Below are positions 19,638 through 28,238 of a DNA stretch of 64,000 bases, piece after piece (the first letter of the stretch is position 1; every line of letters starts with the position of its first letter). A model generated the notes under the pieces. The model was not told the origin of the DNA. It was given only the letters and a program-made list of their open reading frames with translations, and ran no database searches. The translations under genes and the position numbers were made by a program. Source of the DNA: Candidatus Omnitrophota bacterium (lineage in GTDB: Bacteria; Omnitrophota; Omnitrophia; Omnitrophales; JACROU01); NCBI GenBank assembly GCA_029261035.1, contig JAJDCD010000008.1:34313-98312 (forward strand), written 5' to 3'.

Positions 19638-20714
19638 CTAATTTTTTAAAAAATAACTTACAACTTTTTCTTTTAACTCTTTAACCCCTATATTTTTCAA
19701 TGATGAAACCTGAAAAGCTTCTGGGAATAAAACCCGAAAGCCTTCTCTTTCTTTGGAAGAAAGAAGGTCCACTTTATTCAATATCAACCATTGTTGAATT
19801 TGGTCACATTTAATTTCTTTCAACACCGCTCGAGTTACTTCATATTGATTCTGAAAATCAGGATTAGAAACATCTAAAACGTGAAAAATAAGTTTCGAAT
19901 CTTGAATTTCTTCTAAGGTGGCTTGAAATGACTCAACAAGACCATGCGGTAAATCCATTAAAAATCCAACGGTATCTGTGATAACAACATCTCTTCCTTC
20001 CACCCCTTTCATATTTCTAGCGCAAGAATCCAAGGTTGCAAATAATTTATCTTGAACGTAAACATCAGAACCTGTGAGCTGATTCATTAAAGTTGATTTC
20101 CCAGCGTTGGTATAACCCAACAAACTTATAAGAGACAAGTTATTTCTTATTCTATTTTTTCTTAGCAGCGCTCTGTGTGTTTTTAGTTTCTTTAAATCCT
20201 TTTTTAGTTTAGAAATACGGTTTCTAATTTGGCGTCGGTCCACCTCCAACTTTTGTTCTCCGGGACCCCGGGTCCCAATTCCACCGCCAAGTCGGGACAT
20301 CACAACACCTCTTCCTACCAGACGAGGCAAAAGATAACTCATTTGAGCCAACTCAACTTGTAGTTTCCCCTCTCTGGAAGTTGCTCTCTTAGCAAAAATA
20401 TCTAAAATCAACCCCGTTCTATCAACAACACGAACGTCAATTTGATTCTCAATATTTCTCGACTGAGTCGGTTGTAAATCTACACCAAAAATACAAACAT
20501 TAGCTTTTTTCTTAACAATTTCCTCCGCTATTTTTTCAACGCCACCTTTACCCAAATAGCTTACAGAAGTAGGTTTTTCAATATTAAATTCCGCATACCC
20601 AACACACTTTCCCCCCGCTGAACGAATCAACTCCATCATCTCGTTTAATCGCTCTTGACGATAGCGGAGAGAATGTTTTTTACTATAAGGCGCTACTAAA
20701 AAAACATGTTCCAT
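19638..20714 (-). CDS. hflX: GTPase HflX
   Basis: HflX N-domain followed by G-domain LISLLGYTNAGKSTLMNQLTG...ATLD...ITDTVGF...LNKVDL. Confidence 0.9.
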   Translation of the reverse strand: MEHVFLVAPYSKKHSLRYRQERLNEMMELIRSAGGKCVGYAEFNIEKPTSVSYLGKGGVEKIAEEIVKKKANVCIFGVDLQPTQSRNIENQIDVRVVDRTGLILDIFAKRATSREGKLQVELAQMSYLLPRLVGRGVVMSRLGGGIGTRGPGEQKLEVDRRQIRNRISKLKKDLKKLKTHRALLRKNRIRNNLSLISLLGYTNAGKSTLMNQLTGSDVYVQDKLFATLDSCARNMKGVEGRDVVITDTVGFLMDLPHGLVESFQATLEEIQDSKLIFHVLDVSNPDFQNQYEVTRAVLKEIKCDQIQQWLILNKVDLLSSKEREGFRVLFPEAFQVSSLKNIGVKELKEKVVSYFLKN

Positions 20715-20715
20715 G

Positions 20716-21645
20716 CTACAGCCAATCTTTTAACTTTAACTGCATTTGTGAATACATTTGCCCTAAAGTTTTATTATTCGCATCTATCCAACTCACTTTA
20801 GATTGATGTCTAAACCAAGTAAGCTGTCTTTTTGCATAATGCCGCGAATTTTTTTTAAGCTCTTCCAATGAGTTCTCTAAGGAATTTTCTTTCTTTAAGA
20901 AACTCTGAATTTCTTTAAAATAAATAGACTTACGTGCTGTTGAAGACAGCTTTTTTTTGCCCAAACTCTTTACCTCAGGAATCAAACCATTCAAAACCAT
21001 TTGATCGACTCTCGCATTAATTTTTTGATAAAGAGCATCCCTGTCTAATTGTATTCCAATAACCTTACTAGCATAACCTAATTGTGATAAGGAGATTTTT
21101 TTTGAAATAAAATCCGTTCTACTTGTTCCTGTAGTTTCACATATCTCTAATGCTCTAATAATGCGTTTTTCATCATTCTCATGAATGCGTTTAGCGCTTT
21201 TAGGATCTTTGGAACACAATCGCTTATAAAGGTGTGCAATTCCTTTTTTTTCCTTCACTCGCTCTAACTTCTTTCTCGCTTCCTTATCCATCAGATTCTC
21301 TTCCGAAAGACCTTCTATTAAAGATTTAATATAAAAACCTGTTCCGCCAACTACTATAGGAAAACGGCCCGCAGAGAATATATCATCTACAGCTTCTAAA
21401 GCATCTTGTCTCCATTGATGAGCTGAATAAGTTTGGGTGGGTGGAATTACATCTAAAAGATAATGAGGGATAGAGCCTCTTTCTTCAACTGAAGGCTTGG
21501 CTGTTCCAACATCCATTCCCTGATAAACCTGCATTGAATCTGCAGAAATAATACTCCCTTTTAGCCTTCTAGCTGCATAAAGAGCAAATCTCGATTTACC
21601 AGAACCCGTAGGGCCAACGATAAAAAGGATTTTCTTTTTTTTCAT
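20716..21645 (-). CDS. miaA: tRNA dimethylallyltransferase
   Basis: ILFIVGPTGSGKSRFALYAARRLKGSIISADSMQVYQGMDVGTAKPS, P-loop plus the SADSMQVY motif. Confidence 0.9.
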   Translation of the reverse strand: MKKKKILFIVGPTGSGKSRFALYAARRLKGSIISADSMQVYQGMDVGTAKPSVEERGSIPHYLLDVIPPTQTYSAHQWRQDALEAVDDIFSAGRFPIVVGGTGFYIKSLIEGLSEENLMDKEARKKLERVKEKKGIAHLYKRLCSKDPKSAKRIHENDEKRIIRALEICETTGTSRTDFISKKISLSQLGYASKVIGIQLDRDALYQKINARVDQMVLNGLIPEVKSLGKKKLSSTARKSIYFKEIQSFLKKENSLENSLEELKKNSRHYAKRQLTWFRHQSKVSWIDANNKTLGQMYSQMQLKLKDWL

Positions 21646-21653
21646 AGTTTTAA

Positions 21654-23315
21654 TTACATTTTATCAGGAGCATGAACTCCTAATAAGTGCAATCCGTTTT
21701 GAAGGACAATTTGACAGCATTTAATTAAATAGAGTCTAGATTGAGTTAATTTCTCATCATCCCCAATCACACGATGAACAGAATAAAATTTATGAAACTT
21801 CGTTGCAAGATCTCTCAGATAATCCACTAAACGGTAAGGTTCTAAATGTTCCGAAGATTGATTTAAAATTTCAGGAAAGTTCAATAAATGCTTAACCACA
21901 TCAAGCTCTTTTTCTTCCTGTATCAAACTTAAATCACAACCCTCGCTCGGTTGAACTTCCGAAGTTCTTAAAAGACTAGAGATCCTAGCGTGTGCATACT
22001 GTACATAATACACTGGGTTTTCTTGTGATTTTTCTTTCGCTAATTCAAGATCGAAGTCAAGGTGGCTTTCAATTTTTCTCATTAAAAAGAAAAATCGAGT
22101 GGCATCTGAGCCAACTTCATCCATCAATTCTCGAAGAGAAACAAATTCTCCTGCTCGAGTTGACATCCGAACAGGCTCTCCTTTTCTATATAGTGTTGTT
22201 AATTGAACTAATAAAACTACGAGTTGATTCGCTTCATGCCCTAAAGCTTCACAAGCAGCCCTAAGACGAGCCACATACCCATGATGATCCGGGCCCCAAA
22301 AATTAATCAGCATATTAAAGCCACGTTTAAATTTCTCTTCATGATAAGCAATGTCGGGGGTTAAGTAGGTATAATCTCCTGTCGACTTAATTAAAACTCG
22401 ATCTTTATCATCTCCATAATCTGTAGAACGAAACCAAGTAGCTCCGTCTTTTTCGTAAGCATGCCCTTTTTCTTTAAGGCGAGCAACAACCTCTGTCACC
22501 TTATCCCCATCGTCTAGAGATTTTTCTGAGAAATATTGATCAAAATGTACTTTTAAATCCTTGAGATCGCTCTCGATTCCTTTCAGAATTCCAGAAGCCG
22601 CATATTCAGAAAAAAAAGCAATCGCTTCGGCCTCTTCTAAAACCTTAAACCGATCTCCTTCTTTATCTAAAACTTCTTGAGCTATATCTTTAACATAAGC
22701 CCCTTGATAACCTTGTTCTGGAAACTCTTTATCAACACCCAACAATTCGAGATAACGAATATAAGTACTTAGTCCAAGAATCTGAATCTGCACACCTCGG
22801 TCATTTAAATAATATTCTCTATGGACTTTATGCCCTGTAGCATACAAAAGATTTGCCAAAGCATCTCCAACAACAGCCTGTCGGCCATGAGCAATGGTTA
22901 AGGGCCCTGTAGGGTTAGCGCTTACATATTCCAATACTACAGACTTCCCAGATCCTAATTGAGTCTGACCAAATTTATCACCCTCTTCCCATATTTGCTT
23001 CAGGGATAAAGAAATAGAGTGTGCCTCAATAAAAAAATTCAAAAACCCTGGGCCAGCAACCTCAATGTTTTTAATCCCAGCATTCGACTCAGCAATTTTG
23101 GACATCAACAAATCTCTTGTCTTCTGAGCAGCATCTACCGGATTCGTTTTAGCCAATTTAGCTATTCGAAAAGCAACATTACAGGAAACATCTCCATGTT
23201 CAATTTTCTTAGGTTGGTTAATGTCATAAACAAAGTCATCTGGCAATTTTACGCCTAAATCATCTGCTATTTCCTCTAATAAATTATCAATAAAATTTCG
23301 CACATTCGATTTCAT
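21654..23315 (-). CDS. argS: arginine--tRNA ligase
   Basis: 553 aa with ANPTGPLTIAHGRQAVVGDALANLL (class I HIGH region), the ArgRS anticodon-binding C-terminus and a terminal Met. Confidence 0.9.
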   Translation of the reverse strand: MKSNVRNFIDNLLEEIADDLGVKLPDDFVYDINQPKKIEHGDVSCNVAFRIAKLAKTNPVDAAQKTRDLLMSKIAESNAGIKNIEVAGPGFLNFFIEAHSISLSLKQIWEEGDKFGQTQLGSGKSVVLEYVSANPTGPLTIAHGRQAVVGDALANLLYATGHKVHREYYLNDRGVQIQILGLSTYIRYLELLGVDKEFPEQGYQGAYVKDIAQEVLDKEGDRFKVLEEAEAIAFFSEYAASGILKGIESDLKDLKVHFDQYFSEKSLDDGDKVTEVVARLKEKGHAYEKDGATWFRSTDYGDDKDRVLIKSTGDYTYLTPDIAYHEEKFKRGFNMLINFWGPDHHGYVARLRAACEALGHEANQLVVLLVQLTTLYRKGEPVRMSTRAGEFVSLRELMDEVGSDATRFFFLMRKIESHLDFDLELAKEKSQENPVYYVQYAHARISSLLRTSEVQPSEGCDLSLIQEEKELDVVKHLLNFPEILNQSSEHLEPYRLVDYLRDLATKFHKFYSVHRVIGDDEKLTQSRLYLIKCCQIVLQNGLHLLGVHAPDKM

Positions 23316-23325
23316 GAAAAATACC

Positions 23326-23685
23326 CTATTTTTGAGTCTTTAATGATTTTGCATCAATTAGTTTACCTTCTCCCCATAAACGCTCCAAACCATAAAAATC
23401 ACGCATTTCTGGGTGAAATAAATGAATCATAACATCCCCGTAATCTAAAAGTACCCATCGGCAATCGCTTAAACCCTGAGAGTGGATTACAGGTTCATCT
23501 TTTTTGTCGAGTTCATCTATAACATTATCCGCCAATGCCTTAACATGACGATCAGATGTTCCGGATCCAATGACAAAGTAGTCAACAACCGCAGATAGTT
23601 TTTTAACATCCAAAATTAAAACATCAACCCCTTTTTTATCCTCAATTGCTTGACCTGCTAATAATGCTAATTGTTTTGTTCTCAC
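23326..23685 (-). CDS. rsfS: ribosomal silencing factor RsfS (Iojap family)
   Basis: VDVLILDVKKLSAVVDYFVIGSGTSDRHVKALADNV...LLDYGDVMIHLFHPEMRDFYGLERLW. Confidence 0.85.
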   Translation of the reverse strand: MRTKQLALLAGQAIEDKKGVDVLILDVKKLSAVVDYFVIGSGTSDRHVKALADNVIDELDKKDEPVIHSQGLSDCRWVLLDYGDVMIHLFHPEMRDFYGLERLWGEGKLIDAKSLKTQK

Positions 23686-23722
23686 AAGAGTTTCCTTTTT
23701 TTATAAAAACCAAAAAGGTTTT

Positions 23723-24232
23723 TTATTTTTGAATTCCTTCTAAATTTAAAATTTTCTTCTTCACATCAAGTCCTTTAGCATAGCCTCCCAAAGACCCATC
23801 TTTACGTATAACGCGATGACATGGAATAATAATCGGAAACGGGTTCTTGTTCATTGCATTTCCAACAGCTCTTGCCCCATGATTTACTTTTACCTTTCGA
23901 GACAAACCCTGATAAGTTACAAGTTCACCTCGCTTAACTTTCAATAATTCTTTCCAAATTTTCCTAAAAAAAGGAGGAGCTTTTGATAACTCTAGTGGAA
24001 CATCATTAAACAAAACATCTTTTCCTTCAAAATATTTCTCTAATCGCTTTTTTAATTCAAAAACATATTTGGGTGCTGTTTTTAAATTTGAAGAGCTCTT
24101 GTTTTTTAGTGTTTTTTTAATCGGAGCAAAATCAAGCAAATGAAGCGATTCAGAATCCCCTTCTAGTCGAACAAACCAATCCCCAGAAAGGCTACTCGAA
24201 ATACAAAATTGATATTGTTTATTTGCAGTCAT
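23723..24232 (-). CDS. ogt: methylated-DNA--protein-cysteine S-methyltransferase
   Basis: TYQGLSRKV...NPFPIIIPCHRVIRKDGSLGGY, with the PCHRV active-site motif. Confidence 0.85.
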   Translation of the reverse strand: MTANKQYQFCISSSLSGDWFVRLEGDSESLHLLDFAPIKKTLKNKSSSNLKTAPKYVFELKKRLEKYFEGKDVLFNDVPLELSKAPPFFRKIWKELLKVKRGELVTYQGLSRKVKVNHGARAVGNAMNKNPFPIIIPCHRVIRKDGSLGGYAKGLDVKKKILNLEGIQK

Positions 24233-24447
24233 TAGAAAGGTATACGCAACTGCTTTTCATCAGCCAAAGATATCTTAGATTTGACTCCTGCAGTTTTTAC
24301 TTCTTTTTCTTTTACAATTCCTTGAATCGCACTATCAATAGGTGCCGTAAATGGGGCTAAAGGCTGAGCCACCCTTTCAGTAGGTGCACAACCTAAAACG
24401 GAAACACTCCAAACAATAAAACTTGCTACAACTATCCCTCTCAACAT
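24232..24447 (-). CDS. small hypothetical secreted/lipoprotein (71 aa)
   Basis: MLRGIVVASFIVWSVSVLGCAP, a signal peptide with a possible lipobox Cys. Its stop overlaps the ogt start. Support is weak. Confidence 0.35.
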   Translation of the reverse strand: MLRGIVVASFIVWSVSVLGCAPTERVAQPLAPFTAPIDSAIQGIVKEKEVKTAGVKSKISLADEKQLRIPF

Positions 24448-24520
24448 AAAACCTCCAAATTCTTAATTATATAGTGTAATCCAAAGACTTCAAAATTTCC
24501 ACAGTTTAAGCTTATTTCTA

Positions 24521-25708
24521 CTAAGAACCTTCATGCAACATATTATGAGCTTTAGCAACCTCGACACACAGAATTCTACCATTAGAAACATTCAAACCAG
24601 TCTTAAGCTCTGGATACTGCTTAAAAGCGCTTTCAAGCCCTTGAGATAAAGCTAGAACATAGGGTAAAGAAATTTTTTCTAGAGCTTTTGTGGCATACTG
24701 TGGGCAAAGAGTCGGTATATTCGTAACTCCAAACCGCAAGTTACCATAAGAATCGATATAAACAGGATCATCATAAGTAGTAGGATGCGTTCCAAAAACA
24801 TTACCGCCTTGATCTACAGCAACATCTACAATAACCTTTCTTTTCTCAACATAACGAGAAACAGCATCCTCATCAATCAAAACTGGCGCACGACGCCCTA
24901 GTAAATAAACAGAACCAATGACAATATCTGCCTTATCATACAATGAGGTAACACTTCTATCTTGTGCATCGACTACAATCATATTTATTTTTTGTTTTTG
25001 GACCAGCTGTTTAAGTTCTTTTTGACGAACCAAGTTTTTTTCCGTAATCCAAATATGGGCTTTTGTATTTGCAAAATCCATAGCGGCTTCATACCCCACA
25101 GTCCCTCCCCCTAATATCAGAACATTACCCTCAAATTTTGGGTATTTGATTTTAGGAAAATCGGAAGCGAGCTTCTCTAAATCTTTCTTATAAGTTTTAG
25201 GATAAACAACTTCCCCAGCTCTTATCTTAAGTTTACTCGCACAGTAGATAGCAAAATAGCCCGCAAGTTTCCCTGCAATCACAGACATGGGTTTCAAAAG
25301 AGGAGTCCCTTCTTCACTTCCAACAGTCTCAAAAGCAATTGCTGCGGCTTTAGACTTCATAAACGTTTTAACTAAATGGCTTTCATCATGGGAAGATAAA
25401 TGTAAAAAAGAAAATACCGTATGTTTTTTCTTAATAAAATCAAACTCTTCCGGTTGAGGCTCTTTCACTTTAACGATTACATCAGAATTTTTCCATATAT
25501 CAGAAGATGTCTCTAAGATTTCTGCACCCGCATTGATATACATTCGGTCCGTAAAACCACAGCCCACTCCAGCCGACTTCTCAACAAAAACAGGTATCTT
25601 TTCCCCACATAGCTTTTTAACTGCTTGTGGAGACAAAGCAACCCTAACTTCTCCAGACTTAACTTCTTTAGGTATTCCTATATTGAGTAATTTGGATTTT
25701 GAGCTCAT
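24521..25708 (-). CDS. ald: alanine dehydrogenase (AlaDH/PNT family)
   Basis: LNIGIPKEVKSGEVRVALSP...VIVKVKEPQPEEF...LILGGGTVGYEAAMDFA...IVDVAVDQGGN, collinear with Bacillus Ald (IGVPKEIKNNENRVALTP / VKVKEPLPEEY / VDVAIDQGG). Confidence 0.75.
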   Translation of the reverse strand: MSSKSKLLNIGIPKEVKSGEVRVALSPQAVKKLCGEKIPVFVEKSAGVGCGFTDRMYINAGAEILETSSDIWKNSDVIVKVKEPQPEEFDFIKKKHTVFSFLHLSSHDESHLVKTFMKSKAAAIAFETVGSEEGTPLLKPMSVIAGKLAGYFAIYCASKLKIRAGEVVYPKTYKKDLEKLASDFPKIKYPKFEGNVLILGGGTVGYEAAMDFANTKAHIWITEKNLVRQKELKQLVQKQKINMIVVDAQDRSVTSLYDKADIVIGSVYLLGRRAPVLIDEDAVSRYVEKRKVIVDVAVDQGGNVFGTHPTTYDDPVYIDSYGNLRFGVTNIPTLCPQYATKALEKISLPYVLALSQGLESAFKQYPELKTGLNVSNGRILCVEVAKAHNMLHEGS

Positions 25709-27402
25709 TATTCCTCCAACTCAAATCGATTTGTTATAGGCATTCTTCTCCCGAACCATGCCTTTTGAGTTACTCGTAAAATAGGAGCAGATTGTCTTCT
25801 TTTGTATTCATTGTGATCAATTTTCCTAATAATCTGCTTTATTTCATCCAGTCTCATCTTAGACTGAATCAAATCTCTAATTTCCTGAATCGTCTTACTT
25901 TCTTCTAAATGATAATAAAGAACCTGGTCTAATAGTTCATAGGACGGTAATGAATCTTCATCTTTCTGGTCCGGTCTCAACTCAGCAGAAGGTGGCTTTT
26001 CTATCGTTTCCTTAGGAATCGATGGAGACAAACCCGCTCTATATTGGGACAATCGGAATACTTCCGATTTATACAAATCTCCCAAAACACACAGCCCCCC
26101 ACACATATCTCCATAAATCGTGCAATACCCCATAGCAAGCTCTGATTTATTGCCTGTAGACAACAACATTCTACCTTCGTCATTTGAGGTATACATTAAT
26201 TCTAATCCTCTCAGTCTTGCTTGCAAATTCTCCATTGCTAAACTAATCTGAGTCTCTTCTTTAGCTTCCTGTTTTTCGTTTTTCTTATTCTTAACAATTT
26301 CTTTTATTTTAAACTCATATTGATCCTTAATAGAACGAACACGACACTCCATTCCTAGATTCTTCGCCAAAGCGAGCGAATCATCTACACTCCCTTCGGA
26401 TGAGTAAGGGCCGGGCATCGTGATCCCTAATACATTCTCAGCACCAATAGCATCACACGCAATCGCTGCAGTAAGAGCCGAGTCAATCCCACCACTCAAA
26501 CCTAAAAGAACTTTTTTAAATCCATTCTTAGTAATATAGTCTCTCACACCTAAAACCAATGCCTCATACATCTCCTGGGTAATTTGAGGACCTCTTTCGT
26601 CTTTAACTTCTGGCATTTCTGCTTTTGTGTCTAATTCAAAGACATAAAGGCCTTCTTTAAACATTTCACCCTCATATATAATTCTACCACTTGGATCGGC
26701 TATCAAACTGCGACCATCAAAAATAAGTTCATCTTGAGCCCCTACCTGATTGCAATAAATCACATACACACCGTATTCTTTCGCTTTGCTCGCAATCAAA
26801 TCTTCTCTTAACTGGCCTTTATTTTGATGATATGGAGATGCTGAAATATTAACAATAAACTGAGCTCCTTTTTCCTTCAGCTTCCGGATAGGTTTATGCT
26901 CGTAATCATCTTCCCACAAATCCTCACAAATACTCATTCCCCACTCTGCCCCAAACAAAGATAGCGTCTGAACCTCTTTCGCTGATTCAAAAAATATTTG
27001 CTCTAAAAACACATCATAATTTGGCAATAAAAACTTATGCTGCTGATGCAGAACCTTCCCCTTATGAATCACACATAAAGCATTACAGCTTTTCTTCTTT
27101 TGCTCCTCCCCCTTTGCGACATACCCACAAACAATGACAAGATTTTTATCTTCAGACTCCTTAATAATTAAATTTAAATACTCTTCATTTTTTTGAATAA
27201 AAGACTCTTTATTTGCCAGATCCCATACGGGATAACCAGAAATAACCAATTCGGGAAAAACGAGCAAATCGACAGATTGCTGCTCTGCAGATTGTATACA
27301 GTCTTTGATTTTCTTAAAATTAAGCTCAAACGCTCCCACCGTAGGATTTAACTGAGCAAGCCCAATCTTAATTTTTTCATTTTCAGAAGATTTCTGTTGC
27401 AT
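25708..27402 (-). CDS. nadE: glutamine-dependent NAD+ synthetase (nitrilase domain + NAD synthase domain)
   Basis: N-terminal CN-hydrolase domain (ELVISGYP...CEDLW) and C-terminal PP-loop LLGLSGGIDSALTAAIACDAIG. Confidence 0.9.
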   Translation of the reverse strand: MQQKSSENEKIKIGLAQLNPTVGAFELNFKKIKDCIQSAEQQSVDLLVFPELVISGYPVWDLANKESFIQKNEEYLNLIIKESEDKNLVIVCGYVAKGEEQKKKSCNALCVIHKGKVLHQQHKFLLPNYDVFLEQIFFESAKEVQTLSLFGAEWGMSICEDLWEDDYEHKPIRKLKEKGAQFIVNISASPYHQNKGQLREDLIASKAKEYGVYVIYCNQVGAQDELIFDGRSLIADPSGRIIYEGEMFKEGLYVFELDTKAEMPEVKDERGPQITQEMYEALVLGVRDYITKNGFKKVLLGLSGGIDSALTAAIACDAIGAENVLGITMPGPYSSEGSVDDSLALAKNLGMECRVRSIKDQYEFKIKEIVKNKKNEKQEAKEETQISLAMENLQARLRGLELMYTSNDEGRMLLSTGNKSELAMGYCTIYGDMCGGLCVLGDLYKSEVFRLSQYRAGLSPSIPKETIEKPPSAELRPDQKDEDSLPSYELLDQVLYYHLEESKTIQEIRDLIQSKMRLDEIKQIIRKIDHNEYKRRQSAPILRVTQKAWFGRRMPITNRFELEE

Positions 27403-27533
27403 CTTAAGCCTTTTCTTATTAAATTACTTACCTTCGCTAACTTGTTTACGCTCTATATTATACAGAAAATTTCCTATATAAGAATCATTGAATTTTTGAC
27501 CAAATATGCTAACTTTAATAAAAGGGTCACAAT

Positions 27534-27899
27534 ATGAGTAAAAAAATACTAATCGTGGACGACGAAATCGAGATATTAGAGACTCTCAAAGACTACCTCA
27601 CAGAGGAAGGCTTTGATGTTTTACTGGCTAAGAATAGAGAAGAATTCTTTAACCACGCTCAAAACACGCCTCCAGATTTGATCATCCTAGACATCGTTAT
27701 TGGCCCAGAAAATGGCCCGCAAATGTACAACGAATTAGTCCACAAGGGCTTCGATCCCGAAATTCCCGTCATATTCCTATCTGGGCTCTTAGAAGACCGG
27801 CCACCTTCTTACAGTTACGAAGGCCGAAAAACATCTCTCCTCGGAAAACCCTTTGACCCCAAAAAGCTAGTAGAAGAAATCAATAACCTAATCAAATAG
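27534..27899 (+). CDS. stand-alone response-regulator receiver domain (CheY-like), no output domain
   Basis: 121 aa: KILIVDDEIEILETLKDYL...PDLIILDIVIGPENGPQMY...IPVIFLSG, with receiver acidic pocket DD and phospho-acceptor Asp in LIILD. Confidence 0.8.
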   Translation: MSKKILIVDDEIEILETLKDYLTEEGFDVLLAKNREEFFNHAQNTPPDLIILDIVIGPENGPQMYNELVHKGFDPEIPVIFLSGLLEDRPPSYSYEGRKTSLLGKPFDPKKLVEEINNLIK

Positions 27900-27904
27900 A
27901 CTCT

Positions 27905-28235
27905 AGCTTTCAGCTGTTAGCCATTAGCTTATAGCTAAAACAAATTCTAATTCCGTCATTGCAAGGTATCGAGTCAAGGAGCCGTGGCAATCTCAGAGTT
28001 AGGATTCATATTCTTAAACTTATCCCGAGATTGCCACGACTCACTTGTATACGCCTCGCAATGACAAAATAATAATACGAGCTGTCATTCCCGAAATCTT
28101 TTGTCGGGAAACCATAACACTTACATATTACAGCACCTTTAGCCAAAAACCTGGATCCCCGACACAAACATTCGGGGATGACAATTCCATTTAAAATGTT
28201 CTTTAGTTAAAAGCTAACGGCTATTAGCTGATTGC
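27905..28235. repeat. nested inverted-repeat element filling the convergent intergenic gap (MITE-like or structured RNA or compound terminator)
   Basis: Outer imperfect IR: CAGCTGTTAGCCATTAGCTTATAGCT (27910-27935) vs reverse complement of 28206-28232 (CAGCTAATAGCCGTTAGCTTTTAACT). Inner hairpin 1: CCGTGGCAATCTC (27982-27994) / GAGATTGCCACGA (28027-28039). Inner hairpin 2: GTCATTCCCGAAATCTTTTGTCGGG (28084-28108) / CCCCGACACAAACATTCGGGGATGAC (28157-28182). GC content is higher than the flanks. Confidence 0.5.
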
Positions 28236-28238
28236 TAT

